42,271 nucleotides of DNA from Flavobacteriales bacterium (GCA_040377305.1 JBEIPA010000037.1:1-42271); one strand, 5' to 3'; shown: positions 1 through 10,495, numbered from the stretch's first letter. The notes: generated from the letters alone by a model not told the origin. Made by a program: numbers and translations.

Positions 1-57
1 GATCACTGCAACCATTAGGGTCACAATTACAGTTGGACGTTTCAATACTCGTTTCAT
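1..57 (-). CDS. 5' end of a probable exported protein, truncated by the window edge
   Basis: ATG at 57 reads MKRVLKRPTVIVTLMVAVI (basic then hydrophobic, signal-peptide-like). A near-consensus -7 box, TAACTTTA, lies just upstream on the minus strand. Confidence 0.55.
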   Translation of the reverse strand, partial: MKRVLKRPTVIVTLMVAVI

Positions 58-161
58 TGCAGAGATAAAGTTAAGTTGTTTTCCCGATAGGAATTCATAA
101 AAAAGGCAAAGCCTTCCGCTTGAGTGTACGTTGCAATCACCATTTCGGTGCCCGCACATTC

Positions 162-3100
162 CTAACGGATACGGACGCCTATCACACAAATATCATCGGT
201 CTGCTTCGAATCGCCCATCCAGGCGTTGAGCTGTTCTTCCAGCATCTTCTTCTGATCGTCGACAGGCAAGTGGTGAATACTCATGAGCAACTCGCGGAAA
301 CGACGATGCGACATTTTGCGATCATCCTCACCACCAAACTGATCCGGGTAGCCGTCGGTGAAAAGATAAATCATATCTCCACTCTGCAACTCCATTTCCT
401 GATTGGTGAACGGACGCATCTTGTTGTCGAAATAACTTCCGATCGAGAAACGATTTCCTTTTGACTGTATCAACATACCATCGCGGATGATATACATCGG
501 ATTGATTGCTGCTGCAAACTGAACTTTATATCGCGAGTGGTCGAATACGCACAGAGAAATATCCATACCGTCACGCAATTCACTGGCTGACTTGTACTGG
601 TTAAGTGTGTGCTGAACTCCCGCGTTGAGGTAATCAAGTATGGAAGATGGGCGCGACAAGTTTCTCTCATGCACCGCCTGATTCAGCAAGTTGTTGCCCA
701 TCAAACTCAGCAAGGCTCCCGGAACTCCATGACCCGTTGAATCGCATACAGCGAGATAAGTTAGATTATCCCGTTGCTCTGCCCAGAAGAAATCTCCGGA
801 GAGAACATCTTTCGGTCTGTAGAGCACAAACAAGTCATCGAACTGATCCTTGAGCATACTTTCCGGCGGAAGAATCGCTTCCTGAATACGGCGTGCGTAA
901 AGAATCGACGCTTCAATATCAGCGTTCTTCTGCTCGATGATTTCCAGATACTGCTGCTGCTGCAACGCAATCGCAATTGCATCAGCAACTTCCCGTACCA
1001 TGTCGATATCCTCGTCGGAAATTGCATTCGGTTTCGATGAAGCGATGTTCACTGTACCCAAAAGTTGATTCTGAGAATACACCGGCATCATCAGATAAGA
1101 ACGGATTCCAACCGACAATTGCTCCTTATCCGATTCGGAGATCTCTGCTTCTGCCTCAATGTCATCAACACGGAATACTTTATTTTCTTTCAACGACTGG
1201 AAGCTCTTGAACGAACGCAGTGGATACAACAACATTCCCGGAACGGCAGCGTTGTCTTTTACTACGTAATGCAATTCAACTTCCTGATTGCGTTCATCAA
1301 ATATCGCGAGCGACACACGCTTCACATAACTCATGCGTGTTGCAAGTCGGCCCAAAACATTCTGCGCAATTTCTTTTACGTTGTGCGAATTCAGCAACTC
1401 GTGTTTCGCCATGTTCAGCGTTTCAAGTCGCGCTGAATACATGTTGAGCTGTACTTCGTAACGTTTCTTCTCGGTGATGTCTGTGAAGATCTCGATCTGC
1501 TTCAACACAGTTCCGTTCTCGTCTACAATTGGTGAGTTCGCTACATCAATCCATATTTCATAGCCCTCTTTGTGGTATACAAGAAACTCCTTACGGAATC
1601 CTTCCGCTTCTGCAGAGGTTTGACGTACAACTGAAATAAGCCTTCTGTCTGTACGATCTCCTGCAAGTACGTCTCCAGGAAGTTTTCCTTTTACTTCCTG
1701 CAGATCATAACCTGTGATGCGGGAGAAACCTGTATTCACCCACTCAATTCGTCCTTGCGGATCACAAATGAGTACCGCGTTAATTGTTTCCGAAGCAACC
1801 AGAGAAAGTTTTTCGAGTTCTTCTTCGTACAGTTTCTTATCTGTGATGTCACGAGCGATCGCCTGGAATCCAGCGATAAGCGTAGGACGGAATGCGTCGT
1901 AAATGATACGAACCGTCTGACCGAGCCAACGCTTCTCTCCTTCCACGGTAATAATTGGAAACTCGAGATACGTACTCAACGTTTTCTTACGGAACTGTCG
2001 CGCGTAAAATGTTCTTACTTCATCAATCCAGTCCGGAGCAATTGTAGTGGTGAAATGGCGGCCGATGAGATCCTCATTCTTGTAACCGGTAATTTTCGTT
2101 ACCTCGCCATTAATGAACGTAAAGTTTCCGCGGTAATCGGCGGTATAAATGAGGTCGGTTGCAGCTTCAACAATGTGTTTGTAGCGTTCCTCAATTTCCT
2201 TACGATCAGAAACGTCCATACCGATTCCTACGCGGATCTCTCCCGGCAGTTCGGTGTCTACCCACTGAATCCATTTCTTGGTTCCGTTTTTCGCTGTAAC
2301 GATAGAAACATAAGGTGCCGTAGTTCCCTTGAACGTTGAAACCTTCTCTCGCATCTTCGCGTTCTCTTCTTCATCTTGCGAACGTACTTTCCACCATCCG
2401 TCACCCATCAATTCTTCAGGCTGGTAACCGAGAACTGCTTTGATACTCCGGCTCACGTAAACAATATTTCCGGTTGCGTCAGTCGCAATGACAAGACTGC
2501 GGGAGTTGTTAAGCGTTGTATCAGCGAAAATCAATCGGTTGAAGATGTTAAGTCGCGACACGACCGTAACGAAAGTGATGATGAGTGAAATCACTACACC
2601 GAGAAGTAACAACCACGTGTTGTACTCAGCCGTTTGCGACGACATGAACATGAGCAATGCCGTTGCGATGAGGATAGCAATCGAGTATGCAACTACGGCG
2701 CGAATGTGATCAAGCAAAAGTGAAGATGCCGCCATCACAACAAGCAGCGTCATCACAAGAACCGGATGCAAATTGTTAATGTGAGTGAGATAGAAAACGT
2801 GGACGCTTACAAAACTGAACCCAACATAAGCCAGTGTAGTAGAATACTTCCGAACGAATTCATTGATATAGGTTCCGAGGCCGACCAGCAACATGCATGC
2901 GCCAATAATCAGCTGAACGAAACCATTGACCTCCAGATCAGGAATGAATAATTTGCACAACACACCAGAAACCGGATAAACGACGCCACCAAAAAGTAAC
3001 ACTAATCGCGAAGTCGTGAGATGATGATCATAGAATGAGCGGTGCGTACGAACAAATTCTGTTTTGAAACTGCGATACGTTGTCAGCATCAAGATACTCA

Positions 3101-5384
3101 GTCCGGTCATTACCCCAAGAACAAGCAGGAAGAACCACCACGATCTCCAGAACGGCGGTGTAATTGCAAACCTGAACGTTTTTGTTGTGCTCCACAAATT
3201 GTTTGCATTGCGCGCGCGTACATTGAATGTGTAATCGCCGGGCTCCAGATTGGTAAAGCTGATCGAAGACGCATTCACTAATGGAATCCAATCTTCAGAC
3301 AAGCCGATAAGTTGATATTCGAACGTTACGTTTGAACCGGTTCCGTATTGAATTCCTGCGAGGTAGAATGTGATGCTGTTCTTGTCGTAGTCCAGTTCAA
3401 CATCATAAGGTAAGCCATTGTCGAGCAGTGAATCGGCATACTGTGCCCAATCAGTAACCGAATTGAACAGCAGTGCACGTTTGATCTCAACAGAAGGTGG
3501 TTTGTTTCTCGTGCGTTCTCCGATTGGCGAGTAAATAATTACACCTGTATTACTTCCGAGCCAGATATTACCTTCTTTGCCCAGAAGAATAACTCCGGGC
3601 GCAAAATTCTCTGTTCCGATTCCATCACTGAAGAAGAAGTGACGAACAGAGTTAGTATCGTTTGTGAATGAAACTTTATCAAGCCCGGTCATCGTAGCCA
3701 CGTACATGGAATTCTGATTGGTCCACAGAATCGACTCCGTGTATTCACTCGCTAATCCTTCCTGCGTGTTGAAGATTTCGAATCTGCCCTTTTCACGATC
3801 GTAACGGAATATGCCCGACTTCTGCGTCGCGAAATAGATAAAGGTCTCATCACCATCAACGTCGTAAATCAGCATCTTGTCTGTCCCGCGACCATCAGCA
3901 GCGGTAGGACGCACAGCATTACCTCCATCGATGCGCAACAAACCATGTGATGTACCCAACCACAATGTTCCTTCCACATCTACATACAAAGACCAGATTG
4001 GATTTCTCTTGAGTACGTTGCCCGCGTTAATCGCTTCAAACTTCCCATCTTTCATTTTGAAAAGTCCGTTGGCAACAGTACCAATCCAAACAGATCCGTC
4101 ATCGGCACAAATCATGCTGATAATCTCACCCACATTCAGTGAATCAGACGGACAATGCACAACGATTCTACCATCGCGCACTTCATTAACACAACCGTCC
4201 ATTGATCCCGTGTAAATCACTTCGCCATCGGTACAAATTGCGCCAAGACGATCATTAGACAATCCGTCTTTCTCCCTCCACGTCACAACTCCCGCACCAT
4301 CGTACATCGACAAACCGCCTACGGTTGAAATCCATGTATTGCCTTGTGCGTCCTGCACAATTCCTGTGATGTTGTTATCACCCAGTCCATCACTGGTCGT
4401 AATAGATGTGAAGTGCGATCCTGCGTAGAAGAATAATCCGTTGTTGTAGGAACCTATCCACGTGTTTCCATCGCGATCCGAACTCACACACGTGATCACA
4501 TCTTCGTTAAGTCCATTCTGCTTCGAATAATTCCGGAATACACCTTGACTGTAATGAACCAATCCACCGCCCCACGTTCCGAGCCAAACATCACCATTGT
4601 AATCTTTATGCAAACACGTGTACGCCGGATCACCCATCTCATCCGGCAACTTCAGGTTGGTAAGCGAACCCGCACCGAGAGAAAAAAGTCCGTTTCCGGA
4701 AGTGGCAATCCACAATTCTCCATTCAGAATTTCTTCAACGCCACGAATTCGTGCACTGACCAGGCGTTCCTGATCAGAATATGTTTCATTGGTGTATTTG
4801 CCGTTCACAAGTTGAAGCTGGAACAAACCATTGCGATCAGTTCCAACCCACATTCGCATTCTCGAATCAACAGTGATTGCTGTAACAAACAAATTGTCGA
4901 CCGCAGTACCCGTCGATACTTTGGTAATCTTCGCATTCTTGAATTCATACAATCCTTTGTCGGTTGCAAGAATCAGCTCGTTATTGAGACCGCGTGTGAA
5001 AGCAGTAATGTGCGTGAACGTATTCGGCGGATAGGTAATCCGAAAAAACTGCGCGTATTTGTATACAACAAGTCCGCTGTCGGTAGAAAATAAAACGCCG
5101 TCTTCTGTTGATTCCGAAATTGCATAAACAACACTCCCTGGAAAACCAGTGTTCGGATCGAAGAACTCGAATTCATCTCCGTCGTACCGGGCGAGTCCGG
5201 ATTCTGTACCAATCCACATAAAACCCGTTACGTCCTGATACGCAGCATTAACACGCGACACAGGAAGTCCATCGCTCACGGAGTAGTGACGAAAGTTGTA
5301 TTGTTGAGACAATAGCGTTCCCGATGCGATAAAGCACAGAAGAAGTACCAACGTAAAACGCAGTGAGCAGCGGAAGAAATTCAT
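162..5384 (-). CDS. Membrane sensor Ser/Thr phosphatase: Reg_prop beta-propellers + Y_Y_Y + multi-TM + 3 PAS + GAF + SpoIIE/PP2C (RsbU-like)
   Basis: Signal peptide; repeated 'DxxGxxWIGT' propeller motifs; Y_Y_Y motif (FTNLEPGDYTFNVRA...ITPPFW); ~7 hydrophobic helices; three PAS/PAC repeats; GAF; PP2C motifs SGDFFW, CDSTGHGVPGA, DGMD, FTDGYPDQFGG, QTDDICVIG. Confidence 0.92.
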   Translation of the reverse strand: MNFFRCSLRFTLVLLLCFIASGTLLSQQYNFRHYSVSDGLPVSRVNAAYQDVTGFMWIGTESGLARYDGDEFEFFDPNTGFPGSVVYAISESTEDGVLFSTDSGLVVYKYAQFFRITYPPNTFTHITAFTRGLNNELILATDKGLYEFKNAKITKVSTGTAVDNLFVTAITVDSRMRMWVGTDRNGLFQLQLVNGKYTNETYSDQERLVSARIRGVEEILNGELWIATSGNGLFSLGAGSLTNLKLPDEMGDPAYTCLHKDYNGDVWLGTWGGGLVHYSQGVFRNYSKQNGLNEDVITCVSSDRDGNTWIGSYNNGLFFYAGSHFTSITTSDGLGDNNITGIVQDAQGNTWISTVGGLSMYDGAGVVTWREKDGLSNDRLGAICTDGEVIYTGSMDGCVNEVRDGRIVVHCPSDSLNVGEIISMICADDGSVWIGTVANGLFKMKDGKFEAINAGNVLKRNPIWSLYVDVEGTLWLGTSHGLLRIDGGNAVRPTAADGRGTDKMLIYDVDGDETFIYFATQKSGIFRYDREKGRFEIFNTQEGLASEYTESILWTNQNSMYVATMTGLDKVSFTNDTNSVRHFFFSDGIGTENFAPGVILLGKEGNIWLGSNTGVIIYSPIGERTRNKPPSVEIKRALLFNSVTDWAQYADSLLDNGLPYDVELDYDKNSITFYLAGIQYGTGSNVTFEYQLIGLSEDWIPLVNASSISFTNLEPGDYTFNVRARNANNLWSTTKTFRFAITPPFWRSWWFFLLVLGVMTGLSILMLTTYRSFKTEFVRTHRSFYDHHLTTSRLVLLFGGVVYPVSGVLCKLFIPDLEVNGFVQLIIGACMLLVGLGTYINEFVRKYSTTLAYVGFSFVSVHVFYLTHINNLHPVLVMTLLVVMAASSLLLDHIRAVVAYSIAILIATALLMFMSSQTAEYNTWLLLLGVVISLIITFVTVVSRLNIFNRLIFADTTLNNSRSLVIATDATGNIVYVSRSIKAVLGYQPEELMGDGWWKVRSQDEEENAKMREKVSTFKGTTAPYVSIVTAKNGTKKWIQWVDTELPGEIRVGIGMDVSDRKEIEERYKHIVEAATDLIYTADYRGNFTFINGEVTKITGYKNEDLIGRHFTTTIAPDWIDEVRTFYARQFRKKTLSTYLEFPIITVEGEKRWLGQTVRIIYDAFRPTLIAGFQAIARDITDKKLYEEELEKLSLVASETINAVLICDPQGRIEWVNTGFSRITGYDLQEVKGKLPGDVLAGDRTDRRLISVVRQTSAEAEGFRKEFLVYHKEGYEIWIDVANSPIVDENGTVLKQIEIFTDITEKKRYEVQLNMYSARLETLNMAKHELLNSHNVKEIAQNVLGRLATRMSYVKRVSLAIFDERNQEVELHYVVKDNAAVPGMLLYPLRSFKSFQSLKENKVFRVDDIEAEAEISESDKEQLSVGIRSYLMMPVYSQNQLLGTVNIASSKPNAISDEDIDMVREVADAIAIALQQQQYLEIIEQKNADIEASILYARRIQEAILPPESMLKDQFDDLFVLYRPKDVLSGDFFWAEQRDNLTYLAVCDSTGHGVPGALLSLMGNNLLNQAVHERNLSRPSSILDYLNAGVQHTLNQYKSASELRDGMDISLCVFDHSRYKVQFAAAINPMYIIRDGMLIQSKGNRFSIGSYFDNKMRPFTNQEMELQSGDMIYLFTDGYPDQFGGEDDRKMSHRRFRELLMSIHHLPVDDQKKMLEEQLNAWMGDSKQTDDICVIGVRIR

Positions 5385-5430
5385 AGAAATGCCTACTCCT
5401 TAAAGATAAGGAAATACCAAGAGGAAAATC

Positions 5431-5510
5431 GGAATTGAGGGACTGGAGAATGAGGGACACTTTTAGGCACTGAATCTCTTATGCCCTAATTCCCTATTTC
5501 CTCAATTCCC
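5431..5510. repeat. Inverted pair of degenerate ~8-nt tandem repeats (GGAATTGA-type)
   Basis: ggaattgagg (5431-5440) is the exact reverse complement of cctcaattcc (5500-5509). The right arm reads ccctaatt-ccctattt-cctcaatt. Confidence 0.6.
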
Positions 5511-6107
5511 CTTCAGTTTTTTATAGTCAGCGAGACTAGCCAAAATCACTTCGCGCGCCTTCTCGCTACCATATTCCGCTGCAATTTCCACTGGAGTACT
5601 GCCACTATCCGGCGACAATTTATACGTCATGAAATAGTGCTTCAGACGGTTGAGGACTTTCGCAGGAACCTGAGATAAATCTGTGAGATTTCCATAGACA
5701 GCGTCGTTCACGAGAACAGCAACAATCTTGTCGTCGGCTTCTCCTTTGTCGATCATACGCAAACCGCCAATGGGAATTGCTTTGAGTACGATGTCGCCAT
5801 GAGAAATAGTGTGTTCTGTGAGCACAACAATATCAAGCGGATCCCCATCCCCATTCTCAACGCCCGCGAGTTTTGCAATCCCGGATCCACAAAACGTTTG
5901 TGGTATGAATCCGTAAAGTAATGGTGCAACATTCGAATACAATTGCGGACGATCAATTTTCAGATAGCCACTTTCCTTGTCGATCTCATACTTGATGGTA
6001 TCACCGGGAACAATCTCAATGAAACACGTTACTTCTTCCGGACAATTTTCCCCCGGGGAAATTCCATGCCATGGATGTGCTTTCTGCTGAGGAAATTTAT
6101 TTGCCAT
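5502..6107 (-). CDS. ppa: Family I inorganic pyrophosphatase
   Basis: HPWHG, IKYEIDK, YGFIPQT, DGDPLD and DKGEADDKI motifs. Confidence 0.96.
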   Translation of the reverse strand: MANKFPQQKAHPWHGISPGENCPEEVTCFIEIVPGDTIKYEIDKESGYLKIDRPQLYSNVAPLLYGFIPQTFCGSGIAKLAGVENGDGDPLDIVVLTEHTISHGDIVLKAIPIGGLRMIDKGEADDKIVAVLVNDAVYGNLTDLSQVPAKVLNRLKHYFMTYKLSPDSGSTPVEIAAEYGSEKAREVILASLADYKKLKGN

Positions 6108-6702
6108 CGCGTTTAAACATTCTGCGTACGAAGTAGAAAATAATTGCGAGTCCGAGTAAGCCGGCAGTAAGATATCCGAATGCGGTTCCTGCCCCAGGCA
6201 ATTTATTCTGGTGAAGATTGTCTTTGACTTCGGTTGGATCGAGAAACTCCTGAATACCCAAACTATCCCGAAGGAATTTGAGTTCTTCCGTATAAGTTCC
6301 GCGATCCTGAAGTGGTGTGTTCAATGAATCGTGGGCAGGTTGTATGCGACTGAATGTGCAGAAATTGGAAGTTGCAATACCGCGACGTTTTTCAATATCG
6401 TATTCCATCCACTTACCATAGATCGTCCAGACTTCACCCGGCATAAAAGACAAACTACAGTCGGCAGAAGGATCGTGTTGAAGCTCGATGGCTCCGAATG
6501 CTGCTCCTTTGTACAACTCAACAATGGTAAACTGCACTCGTTGTTCTGTCTCATCGCCGGATGTTGCAAGTACTTTTCCGGTGAATATCACATCGTACTT
6601 TTCAGTTGCTTTCTTAGAAAGTTTCCCGAGATCGTTGCACACACATGCAAATGCGGGCAAGCCCAACAACATCAACAGCACTATAGAGAAGATACGCTTC
6701 AT
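6097..6702 (-). CDS. Exported TIMP/NTR-like protein with C-terminal membrane anchor
   Basis: Signal peptide ends AFA, giving a mature N-terminus CVC. DVIFTGKV, CSLSFMPGEVWTIYG and SNFCTFS segments; C-terminal TM helix plus basic tail. Confidence 0.65.
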   Translation of the reverse strand: MKRIFSIVLLMLLGLPAFACVCNDLGKLSKKATEKYDVIFTGKVLATSGDETEQRVQFTIVELYKGAAFGAIELQHDPSADCSLSFMPGEVWTIYGKWMEYDIEKRRGIATSNFCTFSRIQPAHDSLNTPLQDRGTYTEELKFLRDSLGIQEFLDPTEVKDNLHQNKLPGAGTAFGYLTAGLLGLAIIFYFVRRMFKRDGK

Positions 6703-8204
6703 TCTGAAAAATTGTAAGAGGAAACGAACACGTTTGCCAGGGAAATATCTACGTACAACTCCCGGTCCTCACTCATGTGAGAAACTTTCGAGCGGAATGC
6801 CGCATGCAATTTCATGAGTGTATCCGATGATTTCAGATTTTCAATTTTCATTCTGAAATCGAGTGCTTGCGCAGCGTTCAGCAATTCAATCGCCAAAACC
6901 TGTTTCACGTTACGAACTACACGGAAACATTTCGTTGCTGCATTTGCTCCCATGCTCACGTGATCTTCCTGTCCGTTTGAAGAAACAATTGAATCAACGG
7001 AAGCCGGTGTACACAATTGCTTATTCTGACTTACGATAGAAGCAGCTGTGTATTGCGGAATCATGAAACCTGAATTCAGTCCGGCGTTGTCAATGAGCAT
7101 GGAAGGAAGTCCGCGCTTACCACTGATGAGCAGATAGGTTCTACGTTCCGATATATTTGCAAGCTCAGCAACAGCAATGGCCAGAAAGTCGAGCGCCAAT
7201 GCCAATGGTTGTCCGTGAAAATTTCCGCCGGAGAGGATATCGCCTTGTTTCGGAAACAAAGTCGGATTATCTGTCACCGAATTAATCTCCGTGAGCAACA
7301 CGCGTTCTGCGTAATCAATTGCGTCGCGTGACGCACCGTGTACTTGCGGAATGCAGCGGAATGAATACGGATCCTGAACGTCTTGTTTCTTGTTCTTCGG
7401 TTTGTTTGCGATCGGAGAATGTTCCAGGAAAGAATCGACGCGACCTGCAACGTGAATTTGTCCCGGGTGCGGACGAATGTCATGCAAGCGCGGATCGAAT
7501 GGCTCACGAAGTCCGTCGAAAGCATCAAGCGACAAGGCTCCAATCATATCGGCAGCATCGGCGAGATCCTTCGCAGTGAGCAAGGAGTAAATTCCCCAGG
7601 CGCTCATGAATTGTGTTCCGTTCAGAATTGCGAGTCCTTCTTTTGCACGAAGGCTTACTGGTGTCAATGAAAACTCTGCAAGCACTTCAGCTGCCGGACG
7701 AATTGTTCCGTAGTAATTCACTTCGCCTCTGCCGATCATGGGCAAGGCAAGATGTGCAAGCGGCGCAAGATCTCCGGAAGCACCAAGAGAACCTTGCTCG
7801 TACACAACCGGAAGAATATGATTGTTCCATAGTGCAAGCAACATATTCACTGTTGCGATCTGCACACCGGAATTTCCGTGAATGAGTCCCTGAATCTTGA
7901 ACAGAATCATGAGTCGCACTACATCAACCGGAACAGCATCGCCGGTTCCGCATGCGTGAGACATTACGAGATTCGCTTGTAATTGGCCAAGTTGTTCGTC
8001 CGACACACGCGTGTTTTTCAGATCACCGAATCCGGTATTCACACCGTAAATCGGATTCTGTGCAGCGGCAATAACTTCCTGCAACTTTGTGTGCGAAGTC
8101 TCCACGCGTTTTATGGCTTCAGCGGAAAGCGAAAGCTGTGGAAGCTCACGCAGTGTTTTGCGGATGCTGGCGAGTGAAAGAGGTTTTGTTGGACAGAGTT
8201 CCAT
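6699..8204 (-). CDS. hutH: Histidine ammonia-lyase
   Basis: YGVNTGFG, MIO-forming GASGDLAPL, KEGLAILNGT, QDPYSFRCIPQVHGA, GGNFHG, QEDHVSMG. ATG 8204 preferred over the upstream start in the ORF track. Confidence 0.95.
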   Translation of the reverse strand: MELCPTKPLSLASIRKTLRELPQLSLSAEAIKRVETSHTKLQEVIAAAQNPIYGVNTGFGDLKNTRVSDEQLGQLQANLVMSHACGTGDAVPVDVVRLMILFKIQGLIHGNSGVQIATVNMLLALWNNHILPVVYEQGSLGASGDLAPLAHLALPMIGRGEVNYYGTIRPAAEVLAEFSLTPVSLRAKEGLAILNGTQFMSAWGIYSLLTAKDLADAADMIGALSLDAFDGLREPFDPRLHDIRPHPGQIHVAGRVDSFLEHSPIANKPKNKKQDVQDPYSFRCIPQVHGASRDAIDYAERVLLTEINSVTDNPTLFPKQGDILSGGNFHGQPLALALDFLAIAVAELANISERRTYLLISGKRGLPSMLIDNAGLNSGFMIPQYTAASIVSQNKQLCTPASVDSIVSSNGQEDHVSMGANAATKCFRVVRNVKQVLAIELLNAAQALDFRMKIENLKSSDTLMKLHAAFRSKVSHMSEDRELYVDISLANVFVSSYNFSE

Positions 8205-8216
8205 AGCTTTATTCTT

Positions 8217-8276
8217 ACCACTAAGATCACAAAGACACAAAGTTTAAATTCTTTGTGCCTTGGTGTACTTCGTGGT
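8217..8276. repeat. Inverted pair of CACnAAG-type short repeats (hairpin between hisS and hutH)
   Basis: accactaagatcacaaagacacaaag-tttaaatt-ctttgtgccttggtgtacttcgtggt. Confidence 0.55.
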
Positions 8277-9679
8277 CAAATTATTTTTTCCAGAAGCTCT
8301 GCAAATCCAACAGCGAACTGTTCGCCGCTCTGCATATTCTTCAGTGTTATCGTATTCGTCTTTCTTTCGTTCTCACCCACAATGGCAACAAACGGAATCT
8401 TCTTTGCATCAGCGTACTTGAACTGCTTGGCCATCTTCACGGCATCGAGATAAATCTCCGCAGCGATTCCGGCATCACGCACTTGCTTCAGCAATTTCAA
8501 AGAATATCTTTCGTCTTCTCCACCGAAGTTGGCGAACAAAACACGTGTTCCTTCTTTCGCCGTAACGTCTTCCGGATATCCAACTTCATTCAGCACATCA
8601 AAAATCCGATCGATACCGAATGAAATTCCAACGCCCGAAACATTGGGCAAACCGAAAATACCTGTGAGATCGTCGTAACGACCGCCACCGCAGATAGAAC
8701 TTGTTAGTGTTCCGGTGTTTGCTTTTACTTCGAAGATTGCGCCGGTATAGTAGTTGAGACCGCGAGCAAGTGTGATGTCCAGTTCGACAGTCGCGCTTGG
8801 TGCTCGGTTCTCGGTGCTCAGTTCTGCAATCGAATTGAACATCCATTCGATTTCTTCAATTCCCTTCGTTCCAATTGTTGAAGAACCGATCAGATTTTTA
8901 AGCAAGGAGATCTTCGCTGCAAAATCACCAGAGAACGAAATCAACGGTTGCAGTTTTTCAATCGCAGTTTCGCTCACACCTTTTTCGGCGAGTTCCTTGT
9001 TCACACCGTCAACACCTATCTTGTCGAGTTTATCGATTGCGACTGTGATATCGACAATGCGCTCCTTCTCTCCTACTACTTCTGCAATTCCGGAAAGTAT
9101 CTTGCGGTTGTTGATTTTGATAAGCACCGGAACTTTGAAGCCGGTGAACACTTCATCAATCATCTGCACCAATTCAACTTCATTGATCAGCGAAGTACTT
9201 CCGATTACGTCTGCGTCGCACTGAAAAAATTCTCGGTAGCGACCTTTCTGCGGACGATCTGCGCGCCACACGGGTTGAATCTGGTAACGCTTGAATGGAA
9301 AAGTAATTTCGTTTTGGTGTTGAACGACGTAGCGCGCGAAGGGAACGGTTAGGTCGTAGCGTAATGCCTTCTCTGTTATCTCATCGCTATTAATGCTCTT
9401 CTGCAATGAAAGTTCGAATGCATCACGCATTTTCTGTTTCTTCTCGTCTTTTGCATCGAAAGGACGTGAATTCAGAATTTTGAACAGAAGTTGATCTCCT
9501 TCATCTCCATACTTTCCCGTCAACGTTTCGATATTCTCCATCGCCGGTGTTTCAATCGGCTGGTAGCCATACTTTTTGAAAACAGAACGGATGGTGTCGA
9601 AAATGAAATTCCGGCGCATCATTTCATCGGGAGAAAAGTCGCGGGTGCCTTTGGGAGTGGATGGTTTTTGGGAGGCCAT
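8276..9679 (-). CDS. hisS: Histidine--tRNA ligase
   Basis: [58 protein letters not shown]-terminal anticodon-binding domain. Confidence 0.98.
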   Translation of the reverse strand: MASQKPSTPKGTRDFSPDEMMRRNFIFDTIRSVFKKYGYQPIETPAMENIETLTGKYGDEGDQLLFKILNSRPFDAKDEKKQKMRDAFELSLQKSINSDEITEKALRYDLTVPFARYVVQHQNEITFPFKRYQIQPVWRADRPQKGRYREFFQCDADVIGSTSLINEVELVQMIDEVFTGFKVPVLIKINNRKILSGIAEVVGEKERIVDITVAIDKLDKIGVDGVNKELAEKGVSETAIEKLQPLISFSGDFAAKISLLKNLIGSSTIGTKGIEEIEWMFNSIAELSTENRAPSATVELDITLARGLNYYTGAIFEVKANTGTLTSSICGGGRYDDLTGIFGLPNVSGVGISFGIDRIFDVLNEVGYPEDVTAKEGTRVLFANFGGEDERYSLKLLKQVRDAGIAAEIYLDAVKMAKQFKYADAKKIPFVAIVGENERKTNTITLKNMQSGEQFAVGFAELLEKII

Positions 9680-9689
9680 AAATCAGGCA

Positions 9690-9697
9690 CAAATCTA
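9690..9697 (-). promoter_or_regulatory. Bacteroidota sigmaA -7 box (TAGATTTG) for hisS
   Basis: Matches the TAnnTTTG consensus 10 nt upstream of the hisS ATG. Confidence 0.6.
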
Positions 9698-9721
9698 CGC
9701 AAATGCGAGGCTTAATAGGAC

Positions 9722-9756
9722 GCGGATTGAGCGGATTAAGCGGATTTTCGCGGATT
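9722..9756. repeat. Four GCGGATT units at ~9-nt period
   Basis: gcggattga-gcggattaa-gcggattttc-gcggatt. Confidence 0.7.
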
Positions 9757-10450
9757 ACTGAAGAATAGTTGTCATCACTCCCGTCTTCGATTTTAACTCA
9801 CTCTTCACTACGCCTTTCGACGGCACAAACCATTCAATAAAATCGTAAGTCTGCTCGGATGGAATTTTTCCCAGTGCGCCGTAATCCGTAACACTTCCTT
9901 TTCTCATTGTGGCTGCAATCCGGACGGCCTGGAAGGTTTCTGTCCCGACCACAACATTCTCGATCGCCACTACTTTACGGTGGTTCACAATTACAAAACG
10001 TTCGTTGTTTCCGGTACCATAAATCAACTCACTGGCAGAAGCAGAAGGTAAAGTATCGCCGATTTCCATGGTGTAGGGATATACCAGAGAATCTGTCCGG
10101 AGACTCACGATAAAGTTTGATGAATACGCCACAGGTATGTTTAAGTGATTGAGTGCGTCTACGCACCAGTTAATCGTGTCATTATAAAAGTGCAACCTGT
10201 ACTGAAACGTGCTTTTATGCTGATCATTCAGACGATTATCATGAGCGAAGATGGACGTACCGCTTCCTCTCGTTAGAACATCCTTGATCTTCACTTCCGC
10301 ATAACTGATTGCTCCGTTCTCTGCAGTGATAGTAAACTTGACGATGTTATCCTTCGTGAAATACTGCTGTGGTCGGATGAAGTAAGGAACGATGAAGCTT
10401 ATCGCAAAAACAGAAAGGAAAATCAAAAAGGAAAATTCAGTTTTTCGCAT
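9755..10450 (-). CDS. DUF3108-like/TapB-type exported protein, paralog 5 of array
   Basis: N-terminal hydrophobic segment; LVYPYTMEIGDTLP and EWFVPSKGVVKSE motifs shared with neighbours. Start taken at ATG 10450. Confidence 0.7.
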   Translation of the reverse strand: MRKTEFSFLIFLSVFAISFIVPYFIRPQQYFTKDNIVKFTITAENGAISYAEVKIKDVLTRGSGTSIFAHDNRLNDQHKSTFQYRLHFYNDTINWCVDALNHLNIPVAYSSNFIVSLRTDSLVYPYTMEIGDTLPSASASELIYGTGNNERFVIVNHRKVVAIENVVVGTETFQAVRIAATMRKGSVTDYGALGKIPSEQTYDFIEWFVPSKGVVKSELKSKTGVMTTILQ

Positions 10451-10495
10451 ACAGCAATTTACAAAAATGTGGCGGCTCAGTCTCCAACACCTCAC

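Noticed and set aside
8205-8240. Longer N-termini in the ORF track (hutH 8240, also 10495, 15221, 20171, 27246, 33750, 41663)
   Set aside because: These extensions overlap repeats or -7 promoter boxes, or precede a clear signal peptide; downstream ATGs fit better.
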